From an uncultured Treponema sp. (GTDB taxonomy: Bacteria; Spirochaetota; Spirochaetia; Treponematales; Treponemataceae): DNA of 64,000 nt. Positions 1 to 8,888 of the stretch are shown here, piece by piece. The notes under the pieces were generated by a model, which was not told the DNA's origin, did no database searches, and saw only the letters and a list, made by a program, of their open reading frames with translations. The stretch lies in assembly GCA_946628495.1 (NCBI GenBank), contig CAMOWQ010000001.1, positions 3,964 through 67,963 of the forward strand, given 5' to 3'. Each line of letters starts with the position of its first letter. The first letter of the stretch is position 1. The position numbers and the translations under genes were made by a program.

Positions 1-1357
1 TCTTAGTATGGAACTTGCAAAATCAGGATTTCTTGCTTCTCATAACGTGCAGCTGCTTGGCGCAAAGCCAGAAACAATAGACAAAGCCGAAGACAGACAG
101 CTTTTTAAAGATACAATGGAAGCCATTGGCGAACCGTGCATTCCGAGCAAAGTTGTTACAACTTATGAAGATGCCGTTGATTTTGTTCACAACGAAATTG
201 GATTTCCTGCAATAATACGTCCTGCATTTACACTTGGAGGAACAGGTGGCGGCATTGTAAAAAACGACCGCGAATTGGACGAAATTGCACATAACGGACT
301 TCACCGTTCGCCTATTCATCAGATTCTTGTGGAAAAATGCATAAGCGGCTGGAAAGAAATTGAATTTGAAGTTATGAGGGACAGCAATGCGAATGTAATT
401 ACAGTCTGCTCAATGGAAAATTTTGATCCGGTTGGCGTACACACAGGAGATTCAATTGTAATTGCACCGACAGTTACTCTTGCCGACAAAGAATATCAGA
501 TGTTACGAAGTGCCGCTTTGAATATTATATCTGCACTTAAAATTGAAGGCGGCTGTAATTGCCAGTTTGCGCTTAATCCTGACAGTTTTGAATATGCCGT
601 TATTGAAGTAAATCCTCGTGTTTCCCGTTCGTCGGCACTGGCAAGTAAGGCAACCGGATATCCTATTGCAAAAGTTGCAGCTTTGATTGCAGTAGGTTTT
701 ACACTTGATGAAATTCCAAACTTTGTTACTAAAAAAACTAAGGCTTGCTTTGAACCTGTTTTGGATTACGTTGTTGTAAAAATGCCAAAGTTCCCGTTTG
801 ATAAATTTGTTTATGCAGCACGCAAGCTTGGTACTCAAATGAAAGCTACTGGTGAAGTTATGGCTATCGGGCAGAATTTTGAAGAAGCAATTTTAAAAGC
901 GGTCCGCGGACTTGAAGTTGGCGTAAAAGATTTGAATCTTCCTGCTTTTGAAAAAGAAACAGATGCAAAAATTATAGAAAGGGTTGCACAATGTACGGAT
1001 CAGAGAATTTTTGCAATTTATCAGGCACTTAAACGCGGCTTACTTTCGGTTGAACAGATTCATGAAACTACAAAAATTGATGAATGGTTTTTGAATAAGC
1101 TGGTAAATATTGTAAAGTTCGAAAAGGCCGGGGGCGTTGCGGGGGCAGGAGCCACCGCAGAGGGGGTAGCGGAAAACCGCAAAGCGGGTTGCAGCGAGGG
1201 GGAGACTTCCCCCGCATCAAAAATTTTATATCCACCACGCAGTTTTAAAATGGTCGATACTTGTGCCGGCGAATTTGATGCAGAAACTCCGTATTTTTAT
1301 TCGACAACAGGTGGAGACAACGAAGCCGAAATATTTATTGCCGAACAGAAAAAATAA
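1..1357 (+). CDS. carB: Carbamoyl-phosphate synthase large subunit, N-terminal half only (5' end outside window; stops at about residue 550 of a canonical CarB)
   Basis: Motifs IIRPAFTLGGTGGG, GWKEIEFEVMRD, ENFDPVGVHTGDS, EVNPRVSRSSALASKATGYPIA, MKATGEVMAIG, FKMVDTCAGEF. Stop at 1355-1357 precedes the second ATP-grasp half. Confidence 0.9.
   Translation, partial: LSMELAKSGFLASHNVQLLGAKPETIDKAEDRQLFKDTMEAIGEPCIPSKVVTTYEDAVDFVHNEIGFPAIIRPAFTLGGTGGGIVKNDRELDEIAHNGLHRSPIHQILVEKCISGWKEIEFEVMRDSNANVITVCSMENFDPVGVHTGDSIVIAPTVTLADKEYQMLRSAALNIISALKIEGGCNCQFALNPDSFEYAVIEVNPRVSRSSALASKATGYPIAKVAALIAVGFTLDEIPNFVTKKTKACFEPVLDYVVVKMPKFPFDKFVYAARKLGTQMKATGEVMAIGQNFEEAILKAVRGLEVGVKDLNLPAFEKETDAKIIERVAQCTDQRIFAIYQALKRGLLSVEQIHETTKIDEWFLNKLVNIVKFEKAGGVAGAGATAEGVAENRKAGCSEGETSPASKILYPPRSFKMVDTCAGEFDAETPYFYSTTGGDNEAEIFIAEQKK
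1128..1215 (-). repeat. GC-rich palindromic element, copy 1, in frame inside carB (opposite orientation to the gltB copies)
   Basis: Reverse complement GCGGGGGAAGTCTCCCCCTCGCTGC...GCTACCCCCTCTGCGG...CCGCAACGCCCCCGG aligns with 3361-3437 and 5390-5465; sharp GC spike in an AT-rich gene. Confidence 0.85.
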
Positions 1358-1361
1358 ATTA

Positions 1362-1390
1362 TTGACATGCTGTTATTATTTTATTAGTAT
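1362..1390 (+). promoter_or_regulatory. Sigma70-type promoter of gltB
   Basis: TTGACA (1362-1367), 17 nt, TAGTAT (1385-1390). Confidence 0.7.
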
Positions 1391-1400
1391 ACGTCTAATA

Positions 1401-1469
1401 ACGGCAAAGAGGTCGTAGATACAGTTTCGTTTTTTGTGCGAAATTTTGTCTACGGCCTTTTTGCTTTTT
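1401..1469 (+). promoter_or_regulatory. gltB leader attenuator 1: ANTAR-like hexaloop hairpin overlapping an intrinsic terminator
   Basis: ACGGC-AAAGAG-GTCGT (loop A1/G4). Its 3' arm is shared with the stem GGTCGTAGA...TCTACGGCC followed by a T-run. Near-identical start to the gltD leader. Confidence 0.7.
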
Positions 1470-1485
1470 ATATCATTCTCAAAGT

Positions 1486-1538
1486 CGGTAATGAAGCCGC
1501 ATGTGCAGAATATTTCTGTGCGTGCGGCTTTTATTTTT
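1486..1538 (+). promoter_or_regulatory. gltB leader attenuator 2: ANTAR-like hairpin plus terminator
   Basis: CGGT-AATGAA-GCCG overlaps AAGCCGCATGTGCAGAA-tat-TTCTGTGCGTGCGGCTT-TTATTTTT, just before RBS GGAG (1539-1542). Confidence 0.65.
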
Positions 1539-1552
1539 GGAGTAAACTGAAT

Positions 1553-4500
1553 ATGAAGACCCTTTATGAACCATCCTTTGAACACGACAATTGCGGTATT
1601 GGAGCTGTCGTAAATATAGACGGAACAAAAACACATAAAATTGTTGATAATGCATTAAGCATTGTAGAAAAACTTGAACATCGTGCCGGAAAAGATGCCA
1701 GCGGCGAAACTGGAGACGGAGTTGGTATTCTTGTTCAGATTAGTCACGATTTTTTTAAGGGTGTAAGTGAACGCGGTGAAATTGCAGGTTCTGACGGCAC
1801 GGTTTGTAAAGAACTGGGAGAGGAACGAAATTATGGTATTGGTCAATTCTTTTTTCCAGGAGATAAAAAAGCATGCGAGGATGAAAAAGTCCGTTTTGAA
1901 AAATGCTGTGCGTCTGAAGGCCTAAAATTCCTTGGCTGGCGAAAAGTTCCTGTTAATGCCGAAGTTCTTGGTAAAAAAGCACGCGACTGTATGCCGGAAA
2001 TCTGGCAGGGTTTTGTAGCACGCCCGGAAAAATGCGAAAAAGGGTTGGATTTTGACCGCAAGCTTTATGTGTTGAGACGTGAGTTTGAAAAAGGTGCGAA
2101 TGAAGTTTCGACAAGTTCACTCTCCGCTCATACCTACGTTTGTTCTCTTAGCAGCCGCACAATTGTTTACAAGGGAATGTTTTTAGTGCATGAACTGCGA
2201 ACTTTCTACAACGATTTGCAGTCTGAACAATATGAGTCGGCACTTGCTATTGTTCATTCACGCTTTAGTACAAACACTCAGCCAAGCTGGCAGCGCGCTC
2301 ATCCAAACCGTTTTATTGCACATAACGGCGAAATCAACACAATCCGCGGAAACGTTGACCGAATGTTTGCACGCGAAGAAACAATTGAATCTACAAAACT
2401 CGATTCTGAACAAATGCAGAAAATTCTTCCTGCTGTTGATGCAACGGGTTCCGACAGTGCAATGCTGGACAACACTCTCGAATTTCTTGTTATGAACGGA
2501 GTGCCTTTACCGCTTGCAGTTATGATGTGTATTCCAGAACCTTGGAAGCACGACGAAAATATGGCCCAGAACAAAAAAGATTTTTATCATTATTGGGCTA
2601 CGATGATGGAAAGCTGGGATGGTCCTGCGGCAATTCTTTTTAGTGACGGTGACCTTCTTGGTGCAACTTTGGACCGTAACGGACTCCGACCAAGCCGCTA
2701 CTACATTACAAACGACAACATGCTTATTTTGAGCAGCGAAGTTGGCGTTCTTGATATTCCGGAAGAAAATATCCGCATAAAGTCACGACTGCAGCCGGGA
2801 CGCATTTTACTTGTAGATACAGTTCAGAAAAAAATTATTACTGACGAAGAATGCAAGGCTCAATATGCGGCCGCTTACCCTTACGGTGAATGGCTCGATA
2901 TGAATCTTATTCACCTTGCAAACCTTAAAATCCCGAATAAAAAAATTCCGGTTCATACGCTCGAAGAACGAAACATTTTGTACCGCGCTTTTGGCTGGAA
3001 CTACGAAGATGTAAACGAAATGGTTTTGCCAATGGCTCGTACAGGCGTTGAACCTACCGCAAGTATGGGTGTTGATACTCCGCTTGCAGTAATGAGCGAA
3101 AAACATCCAAGCCTCTTCAGTTATTTTAAGCAGCTTTTTGCTCAGGTTACAAATCCGCCGATTGACAGTTTGCGCGAAAAGATTGTTACGGATACAACGG
3201 TTTATGTTGGAAAAGACGGAAACCTTCTTGAACCAGCTGCAAAAAACTGCCGCGTTCTCGAAATTAATAACCCTATTTTAACCGGTACCGACCTTATAAA
3301 AATTGCAGCGTTAAATCAGCCGGGACTTAAGGCAAAAACTGTTAGCATTTTGTTTGAATTGGGAGGGGAAAGCCTTCCCCTCGGCTGCACTGCGTCGCAG
3401 CCTACCCCTTCCAGCGGGGACACCCCACAACGCCCCGCCCTCGAAGCCGCATTGGACAATCTTTTCACCCAAATCGATGCCGCATACGCCGACGGTTACA
3501 ACATTATAATTTTAAGCGACCGCGGAGTAGACAAAACTCATGCCGCAATTCCAGCAATTCTTGCAGTTTCTGCGGTTGAACAATATTTAATCCGTACTAA
3601 AAAACGAACCGCAATTTCTATCATTCTGGAAACTGCCGAAGTCCGCGACGTACACCAGGCTGCAATGTGTCTTGGCTACGGAGCAAGGGCAATAAATCCA
3701 TATCTTGCACATGAATGTATTGCAGAACTGATTGACCAGAAACTTCTTGATAAGGATTATCACACGGCAATTGATGATTACAACAAAGCCGTAATTAATG
3801 GAATTGTAAAAATTGCCGCTAAAATGGGAATAAGCACAATTCAGTCTTACCAGTCGGCACAGATTTTTGAAGCAGTTGGAATTGCACAGGATGTAATCAA
3901 AAAATACTTTACAAATACAGTAAGCCGTGTTGGTGGTATTGGTCTTAAAGAAATAGAAGAAGACATTCGATATCATCATGCACAAGGTTTTGATCCTGCA
4001 GATTTAACAGTAAACGACCATCTTGATTCAGTAGGAAATCACAAATTCCGACGCGGACCTAATGCAGAAGACCATCTTTATAATCCAGAAACAATTATTG
4101 CATTACAACAGGCAACCCGTAACGGCGATTACAAACGCTTTAAGGAATACACTGCATTGGTAGATTCCAACGAGCATCCTCATACTTTGCGTGCAATGCT
4201 TGATTTTAATTTTGCAGACAATGCAATTCCGCTGGACGAAGTAGAAAGTGTAGATGAGATTGTAAAACGCTTTAAAACAGGAGCGATGTCCTACGGTTCA
4301 ATAAGCGAAGAAGCTCATAAATGCATGGCAGCCGCAATGAACCACTTGCACGGAAAATCTAACAGTGGCGAAGGCGGCGAAAAACCTGAACGACTTGGAA
4401 CTGAATATAATTCTGCAATCAAGCAGGTTGCAAGCGGTCGTTTTGGTGTTACCGAAGAATATCTTTTAAGTGCCCGCGAAATTCAGATTAAAATGGCACA

Positions 4501-6295
4501 GGGAGCAAAACCTGGCGAAGGCGGACATCTTCCTGGAAAAAAAGTTTACCCATGGATTGCAAAAACACGTTATGCAACTCCTGGTGTAGCTTTAATTTCG
4601 CCACCACCACACCACGATATTTATTCAATAGAAGATTTGGCTCAGCTTATTTACGATTTGAAAAATGCAAACCGCGATGCACGTATTTCCGTAAAACTTG
4701 TTAGCGAAGCAGGCGTTGGTACAATTGCAGCGGGCGTTGCAAAAGCAGGAGCACAGGTAATTTTAATTTCCGGACACGACGGAGGAACAGGCGCAGCGCC
4801 AATTTCTTCTATTCATCATGCGGGCTTACCGTGGGAACTTGGCCTTGCAGAAACTCACCAGACTTTAATTCAGAATGGTTTACGCGGTCGTGTCGTAATA
4901 GAAACTGACGGTAAGCTTATGAGCGGCCGTGATGTTGTAATTGCAGCCCTTCTTGGTGCAGAAGAATTTGGTTTTGCAACAGCGCCTCTTATTGCAATGG
5001 GCTGTTCAATGATGCGCGTTTGCCAGCTTGATACCTGTCCGTTTGGTGTTGCAACTCAAAACGAAGCGCTTAGAAAACGATTCCCAGGCAAACCTGAATA
5101 TGTAATTAATTTTATGAAATTCATTGCACAGGAAATGCGCGAGCTTATGGCAAAACTTGGTGTACGTTCAGTCGAAGAACTTTGCGGCAGAACCGATTTG
5201 CTTAAACTTAAGGATAAGCAGGGCTTCAAGAGGGCAGGACTTGTGGATATGAGCCGCGTATTAGGTAATAGGTTTGAGGTTTCAGGTTCTAGGAATGATG
5301 ACTGGAAGAAAGACCGCTCTCTTTTTGATTTCAAGTTGGAAACTACAATAGATTGTAAAACTTTGTTACAAACTTTTGAGAAAGTTTCAGGAGGGGAACG
5401 CCTTCCCCTCGCTCACACTGCGTTGCTCGCTACCCCTTCTGCGGGGGCACCCCGCAACGCCCCGGAGAATTCCGCTATTCCAATTCAGTCAACCGATAGA
5501 ACCGTTGGTACAATTTTGGGTAGCGAGATTCAAAAGCGTTATGGCGGAAAACTTGAAGACGACACCTTCTGCGTAAACTTTAACGGCGGTGCAGGACAGA
5601 GTTTTGGTGCATTTATACCACGCGGACTCACATTGCGGTTAACAGGAGACGCTAACGATGCATTCGGTAAGGGCTTAAGCGGCGGAAAAGTTGTTGTAAA
5701 AAAGCCTGAAAATTTTACTGGAGAAGCAGAACATAACATAATTGTTGGAAACGTAGCATTATTCGGTGCAACAAGCGGAAAAGCCTTTATAAACGGTGTT
5801 GCAGGCGAAAGATTCTGTGTACGTAATTCTGGAGCAACAGTTGTAGCAGAAGGCTGCGGTGATCACGGACTAGAATATATGACGGGTGGAACTGCTGTAA
5901 TTTTAGGCGGAACTGGTAAAAATCTTTGTGCCGGAATGAGTGGTGGCATTGCGTATGTTTTGGACGAAAATCATGATTTATACAAACGTTTAAACCATGA
6001 ACTTGTTAAAATGTATGCCCTTGATGATGCGACAACAACATTACACGGTGAGCAAGACAGTACAACCTCGCCGGACGAAGTATTACTGCATCAGCTTATA
6101 GAACAGCATCTTGCAGAAACCGATTCAGAGCGGGCAAAACAGATACTTTCTAACTGGACATATTACCGAACATGCTTTAAGAAAATTATTCCAAATGATT
6201 ATCTAAAAATTATGTGCAAAATCGCTTCTAAAGAAAAAAGCGGTCTTGCACACGATGAAGCAGTTCTCGAAGCATTTAAAGAGGCAACGGCGTAA
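1553..6295 (+). CDS. gltB: Glutamate synthase large subunit
   Basis: EHDNCGIG (N-terminal Cys nucleophile), HSRFSTNT, HNGEINT, KTGAMSYGS, IKMAQGAKPGEGG, GHDGGTG, 3Fe-4S cysteines CSMMRVCQLDTCP, GXGXG domain. Start moved to ATG 1553, which has a GGAG RBS. Confidence 0.97.
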   Translation: MKTLYEPSFEHDNCGIGAVVNIDGTKTHKIVDNALSIVEKLEHRAGKDASGETGDGVGILVQISHDFFKGVSERGEIAGSDGTVCKELGEERNYGIGQFFFPGDKKACEDEKVRFEKCCASEGLKFLGWRKVPVNAEVLGKKARDCMPEIWQGFVARPEKCEKGLDFDRKLYVLRREFEKGANEVSTSSLSAHTYVCSLSSRTIVYKGMFLVHELRTFYNDLQSEQYESALAIVHSRFSTNTQPSWQRAHPNRFIAHNGEINTIRGNVDRMFAREETIESTKLDSEQMQKILPAVDATGSDSAMLDNTLEFLVMNGVPLPLAVMMCIPEPWKHDENMAQNKKDFYHYWATMMESWDGPAAILFSDGDLLGATLDRNGLRPSRYYITNDNMLILSSEVGVLDIPEENIRIKSRLQPGRILLVDTVQKKIITDEECKAQYAAAYPYGEWLDMNLIHLANLKIPNKKIPVHTLEERNILYRAFGWNYEDVNEMVLPMARTGVEPTASMGVDTPLAVMSEKHPSLFSYFKQLFAQVTNPPIDSLREKIVTDTTVYVGKDGNLLEPAAKNCRVLEINNPILTGTDLIKIAALNQPGLKAKTVSILFELGGESLPLGCTASQPTPSSGDTPQRPALEAALDNLFTQIDAAYADGYNIIILSDRGVDKTHAAIPAILAVSAVEQYLIRTKKRTAISIILETAEVRDVHQAAMCLGYGARAINPYLAHECIAELIDQKLLDKDYHTAIDDYNKAVINGIVKIAAKMGISTIQSYQSAQIFEAVGIAQDVIKKYFTNTVSRVGGIGLKEIEEDIRYHHAQGFDPADLTVNDHLDSVGNHKFRRGPNAEDHLYNPETIIALQQATRNGDYKRFKEYTALVDSNEHPHTLRAMLDFNFADNAIPLDEVESVDEIVKRFKTGAMSYGSISEEAHKCMAAAMNHLHGKSNSGEGGEKPERLGTEYNSAIKQVASGRFGVTEEYLLSAREIQIKMAQGAKPGEGGHLPGKKVYPWIAKTRYATPGVALISPPPHHDIYSIEDLAQLIYDLKNANRDARISVKLVSEAGVGTIAAGVAKAGAQVILISGHDGGTGAAPISSIHHAGLPWELGLAETHQTLIQNGLRGRVVIETDGKLMSGRDVVIAALLGAEEFGFATAPLIAMGCSMMRVCQLDTCPFGVATQNEALRKRFPGKPEYVINFMKFIAQEMRELMAKLGVRSVEELCGRTDLLKLKDKQGFKRAGLVDMSRVLGNRFEVSGSRNDDWKKDRSLFDFKLETTIDCKTLLQTFEKVSGGERLPLAHTALLATPSAGAPRNAPENSAIPIQSTDRTVGTILGSEIQKRYGGKLEDDTFCVNFNGGAGQSFGAFIPRGLTLRLTGDANDAFGKGLSGGKVVVKKPENFTGEAEHNIIVGNVALFGATSGKAFINGVAGERFCVRNSGATVVAEGCGDHGLEYMTGGTAVILGGTGKNLCAGMSGGIAYVLDENHDLYKRLNHELVKMYALDDATTTLHGEQDSTTSPDEVLLHQLIEQHLAETDSERAKQILSNWTYYRTCFKKIIPNDYLKIMCKIASKEKSGLAHDEAVLEAFKEATA
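3361..3437 (+). repeat. GC-rich palindromic element, copy 2, in frame in gltB
   Basis: GAGGGGAA-agcc-TTCCCCTC, GGCTGC...GCAGCC, TACCCCTT, GCGGGG-aca-CCCCAC, AACGCCCC. Encodes GGESLPLGCTASQPTPSSGDTPQRP. Confidence 0.85.
5262..5296 (+). repeat. Five degenerate 7-bp tandem units inside gltB
   Basis: TAGGTAA TAGGTTT GAGGTTT CAGGTTC TAGGAAT. Confidence 0.5.
5390..5465 (+). repeat. GC-rich palindromic element, copy 3, in frame in gltB
   Basis: GAGGGGAA-cgcc-TTCCCCTCGCT...GCTACCCCTTCT-GCGGGG-gca-CCCCGC-AACGCCCCGG. Encodes GGERLPLAHTALLATPSAGAPRNAP. Confidence 0.85.
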
Positions 6296-7535
6296 AACCA
6301 ATCTTTGAATTGCGGTCTCGCTGAAGTTTTTCTTTCTGGCAGAAATCTTCCAATTCGTTTATGGAAGCATGTCTGCCGGAAAGAATTTCTTGAATTGTAA
6401 TTTTTCGCACAACATTGTCTATTTCACCACCGCTAAGTGTATAACTTGCAGCAAGATGTTTTGCCGAAGCTTTATCAAGCCAGGAAACTTTGTTTTCCCA
6501 AATTTTCTGTTTAATTTCGACTGTCGGCTTTTCGAATTTTATCTTAAAAAGAAAACGGCGTTCAAAAGCACTGTCCAATGCCTTTTCAAGATTTGTCGTA
6601 ATAACAAGAATTCCTTCCTGCCTTTCTATATAATCCAAAAGCACAGATTGTATGCGGTTTTCTTCTATATCGTAACTGCGTTCAGGCTGTTCCACACGAT
6701 GTCCGAATAAAGCATCTGCTTCGTTAAAAAGAAGAATCGGTATATTTTCTCCACGTTCTTCTGCCTGCCTGCAGAACCGCTCATACTTATCAAAAATAAT
6801 GGAAAGGTTTGTTGTTGTTCCCCCACCCCACTGACTTATTGTTTCGCCAATATCAACATGGTAAACAGGACGTTCTGACTGTTTTGCAAGCTGATATACT
6901 GTTTCGGTTTTTCCAGTTCCACTGTCTCCATAAAAAAGAATGCAAACGCCCTTACTCATAGATTTTTTTACAAGGCGTTTCTGAATTTGTACAAACTTAT
7001 CCTTCTGAAGATATTCCGAAAGTGAATCAACTTCTTTTCGATTTTCTTCTTTATAGAATAATTCTTTTTTCTGAATTTTTTCGGGATAGGTAAGCTCTCT
7101 ATTCTGGACATGAAGTCCTTCTTTTAAAAGTTTTTCATCTTTGCTTACAATTGCCTGCTTTACTTTTTCGGGAATCCGGTAATGTTTCGAAAATGCAAGA
7201 GGATTATCACCTTTATCACGATAAATAAAACCTTTTTCTTCCAGAGATTTAAATTCTTCCTGAAATTCCAGAATTCTTAGTGGCGTAACATTCAGTTCGG
7301 TAGACAGCATGCCAATATGAACCGGACATTCATTATAATAATAATAATTTTTAAAAACTGCCGAAAAGACTGCCGTTTCTGTTTCCGAAAGATTCAGAAA
7401 ATTGCTTACACGATGCAATGCAACAATAGCTTCTGTATCTTCATAATAAACCATAAAAGAATGTTTACTTAGAGAATCTACAATCCTGTTTATTCCGTCC
7501 AGGATCGGATTCATTGATTCATAAATATTTGCCAT
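6276..7535 (-). CDS. AAA+ ATPase with N-terminal winged-helix-like region
   Basis: Walker A GDSGTGKT, Walker B LLFNEAD, sensor TTN, LDSAFERRF, C-terminal KIGF. Overlaps the gltB 3' end by 20 bp. Confidence 0.85.
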   Translation of the reverse strand: MANIYESMNPILDGINRIVDSLSKHSFMVYYEDTEAIVALHRVSNFLNLSETETAVFSAVFKNYYYYNECPVHIGMLSTELNVTPLRILEFQEEFKSLEEKGFIYRDKGDNPLAFSKHYRIPEKVKQAIVSKDEKLLKEGLHVQNRELTYPEKIQKKELFYKEENRKEVDSLSEYLQKDKFVQIQKRLVKKSMSKGVCILFYGDSGTGKTETVYQLAKQSERPVYHVDIGETISQWGGGTTTNLSIIFDKYERFCRQAEERGENIPILLFNEADALFGHRVEQPERSYDIEENRIQSVLLDYIERQEGILVITTNLEKALDSAFERRFLFKIKFEKPTVEIKQKIWENKVSWLDKASAKHLAASYTLSGGEIDNVVRKITIQEILSGRHASINELEDFCQKEKLQRDRNSKIGFTPLPL

Positions 7536-7595
7536 TTTTTACTCCGCAAGTCTCCGTATAATAAAACTCATTTTTTAACAGAACACGTTCTTGTA

Positions 7596-8750
7596 TTAAA
7601 AAACATCCTTATTTGCAAGATAATAATTCGGAACCTGCCCTGCTTTATCAGCAGCAAATGCAAGCGTTTTAAATTTTTCATCATTTAACATATAGTCGTA
7701 AATTTGAGAGGAATTATTTGATGCCGCATAATGCAAAACGTTTCTTCCCCTTGCATCCTGATTATACCAGATTGCGTTATGCCGCAAAAGCATTTCTATT
7801 ACTTCAGGATTTGGATTGTTTCTAGCAACCATCATCATTACCGATTTACCATCTGAATCAGTTGTATTGACATCATATCCCGCCTGTATAAGTTCCTCCA
7901 GAATTTCTTCATTTTCATTCATACTTGCATACATCAAATGCTCTTCTTTCATCTTATCTAAAAACATGCGAACCGATTTACAGTTATTTCCATAAAGAAG
8001 AACCGTCTGCAAGGCTGTTTGTCCTAATCTATCAGGCTGCGACGTATTAAAATGCGACGTATTACAAACATTTAAAACATAATCAACAATGCAGGAATTC
8101 GTATTTGCTGCTGCAAGATGAAGCATTGTTTTTCCTTCATTTGTTTTTGCATAACAATCTGCGCCAGCCTGAACAAGCAAATCAAGAACCTCCGGATTAC
8201 TCTGCCACAAAGCGCCGTACAACAAAGCGGTAAATCCCTGAGAATCCCTTTCTTCAAAATCACAACCAAGACTCAAAAGATATTCTGTAACCTGCGGATT
8301 AGGATTATGACCTCCGGCAACAATTATAAGAGTTTTCCCGTCATCTGCTTTTGTATTTATATCTGCTCCGGCTTCTACCAGAACTTTCAACACTTCCACA
8401 TTTGAAGAAGACTCCGCTGCAATCATAAGAGGTGTTCCTTTATGCAAAGAAGTTTTTTCTTCGATATTCAAACCTTTATCAATAAAAAATTGAACTGTCT
8501 GAGGATATTTAGAAGAAGCAGCAATATGAAGAAATGAAAACCCATCAGAATCCTTAAAAGTAATATCATAGCCAAGCCGCTCTATTGCATGAGCAATAAA
8601 ATCTGTATTTTCAGAATCAATTATTACATGGAAAATAATCTCATTCTTAAGTTCCGTGCTGAATGCTGAAAGGTCTTTTGTAAGATAATCGAAAAGGAAA
8701 AAGTCATTAGCGCTGATTGCATAATCAACTGAATTAATAATATTGTCCAT
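7596..8750 (-). CDS. Ankyrin repeat protein
   Basis: Repeated G-x-T-[PA]-L-x-x-A-A...LLxxGAD units (GTPLMIAA, GFTALLYGA, GKTMLHLAA, GRNVLHYAA). ATG 8750 has a GGAGAGG RBS. Confidence 0.9.
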   Translation of the reverse strand: MDNIINSVDYAISANDFFLFDYLTKDLSAFSTELKNEIIFHVIIDSENTDFIAHAIERLGYDITFKDSDGFSFLHIAASSKYPQTVQFFIDKGLNIEEKTSLHKGTPLMIAAESSSNVEVLKVLVEAGADINTKADDGKTLIIVAGGHNPNPQVTEYLLSLGCDFEERDSQGFTALLYGALWQSNPEVLDLLVQAGADCYAKTNEGKTMLHLAAANTNSCIVDYVLNVCNTSHFNTSQPDRLGQTALQTVLLYGNNCKSVRMFLDKMKEEHLMYASMNENEEILEELIQAGYDVNTTDSDGKSVMMMVARNNPNPEVIEMLLRHNAIWYNQDARGRNVLHYAASNNSSQIYDYMLNDEKFKTLAFAADKAGQVPNYYLANKDVF

Positions 8751-8888
8751 TACAATGCCTCTCCATTTATTATAATACATTTTTGGAAAAAATCATAAAT
8801 GGCATGGAGCTGTAAAAATCTTGAAGCCTTAATAAACCTGTAAGTCAGAGAGTTTAAGATTGACTGACATAAAGATGAAGTCTAACGC

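Noticed and set aside
1436-1552. 39-aa N-terminal extension of GltB in the ORF track (similarly GltD 11198-11251)
   Set aside because: It overlaps the leader terminators; RBS and family N-termini support ATG 1553 and 11252.
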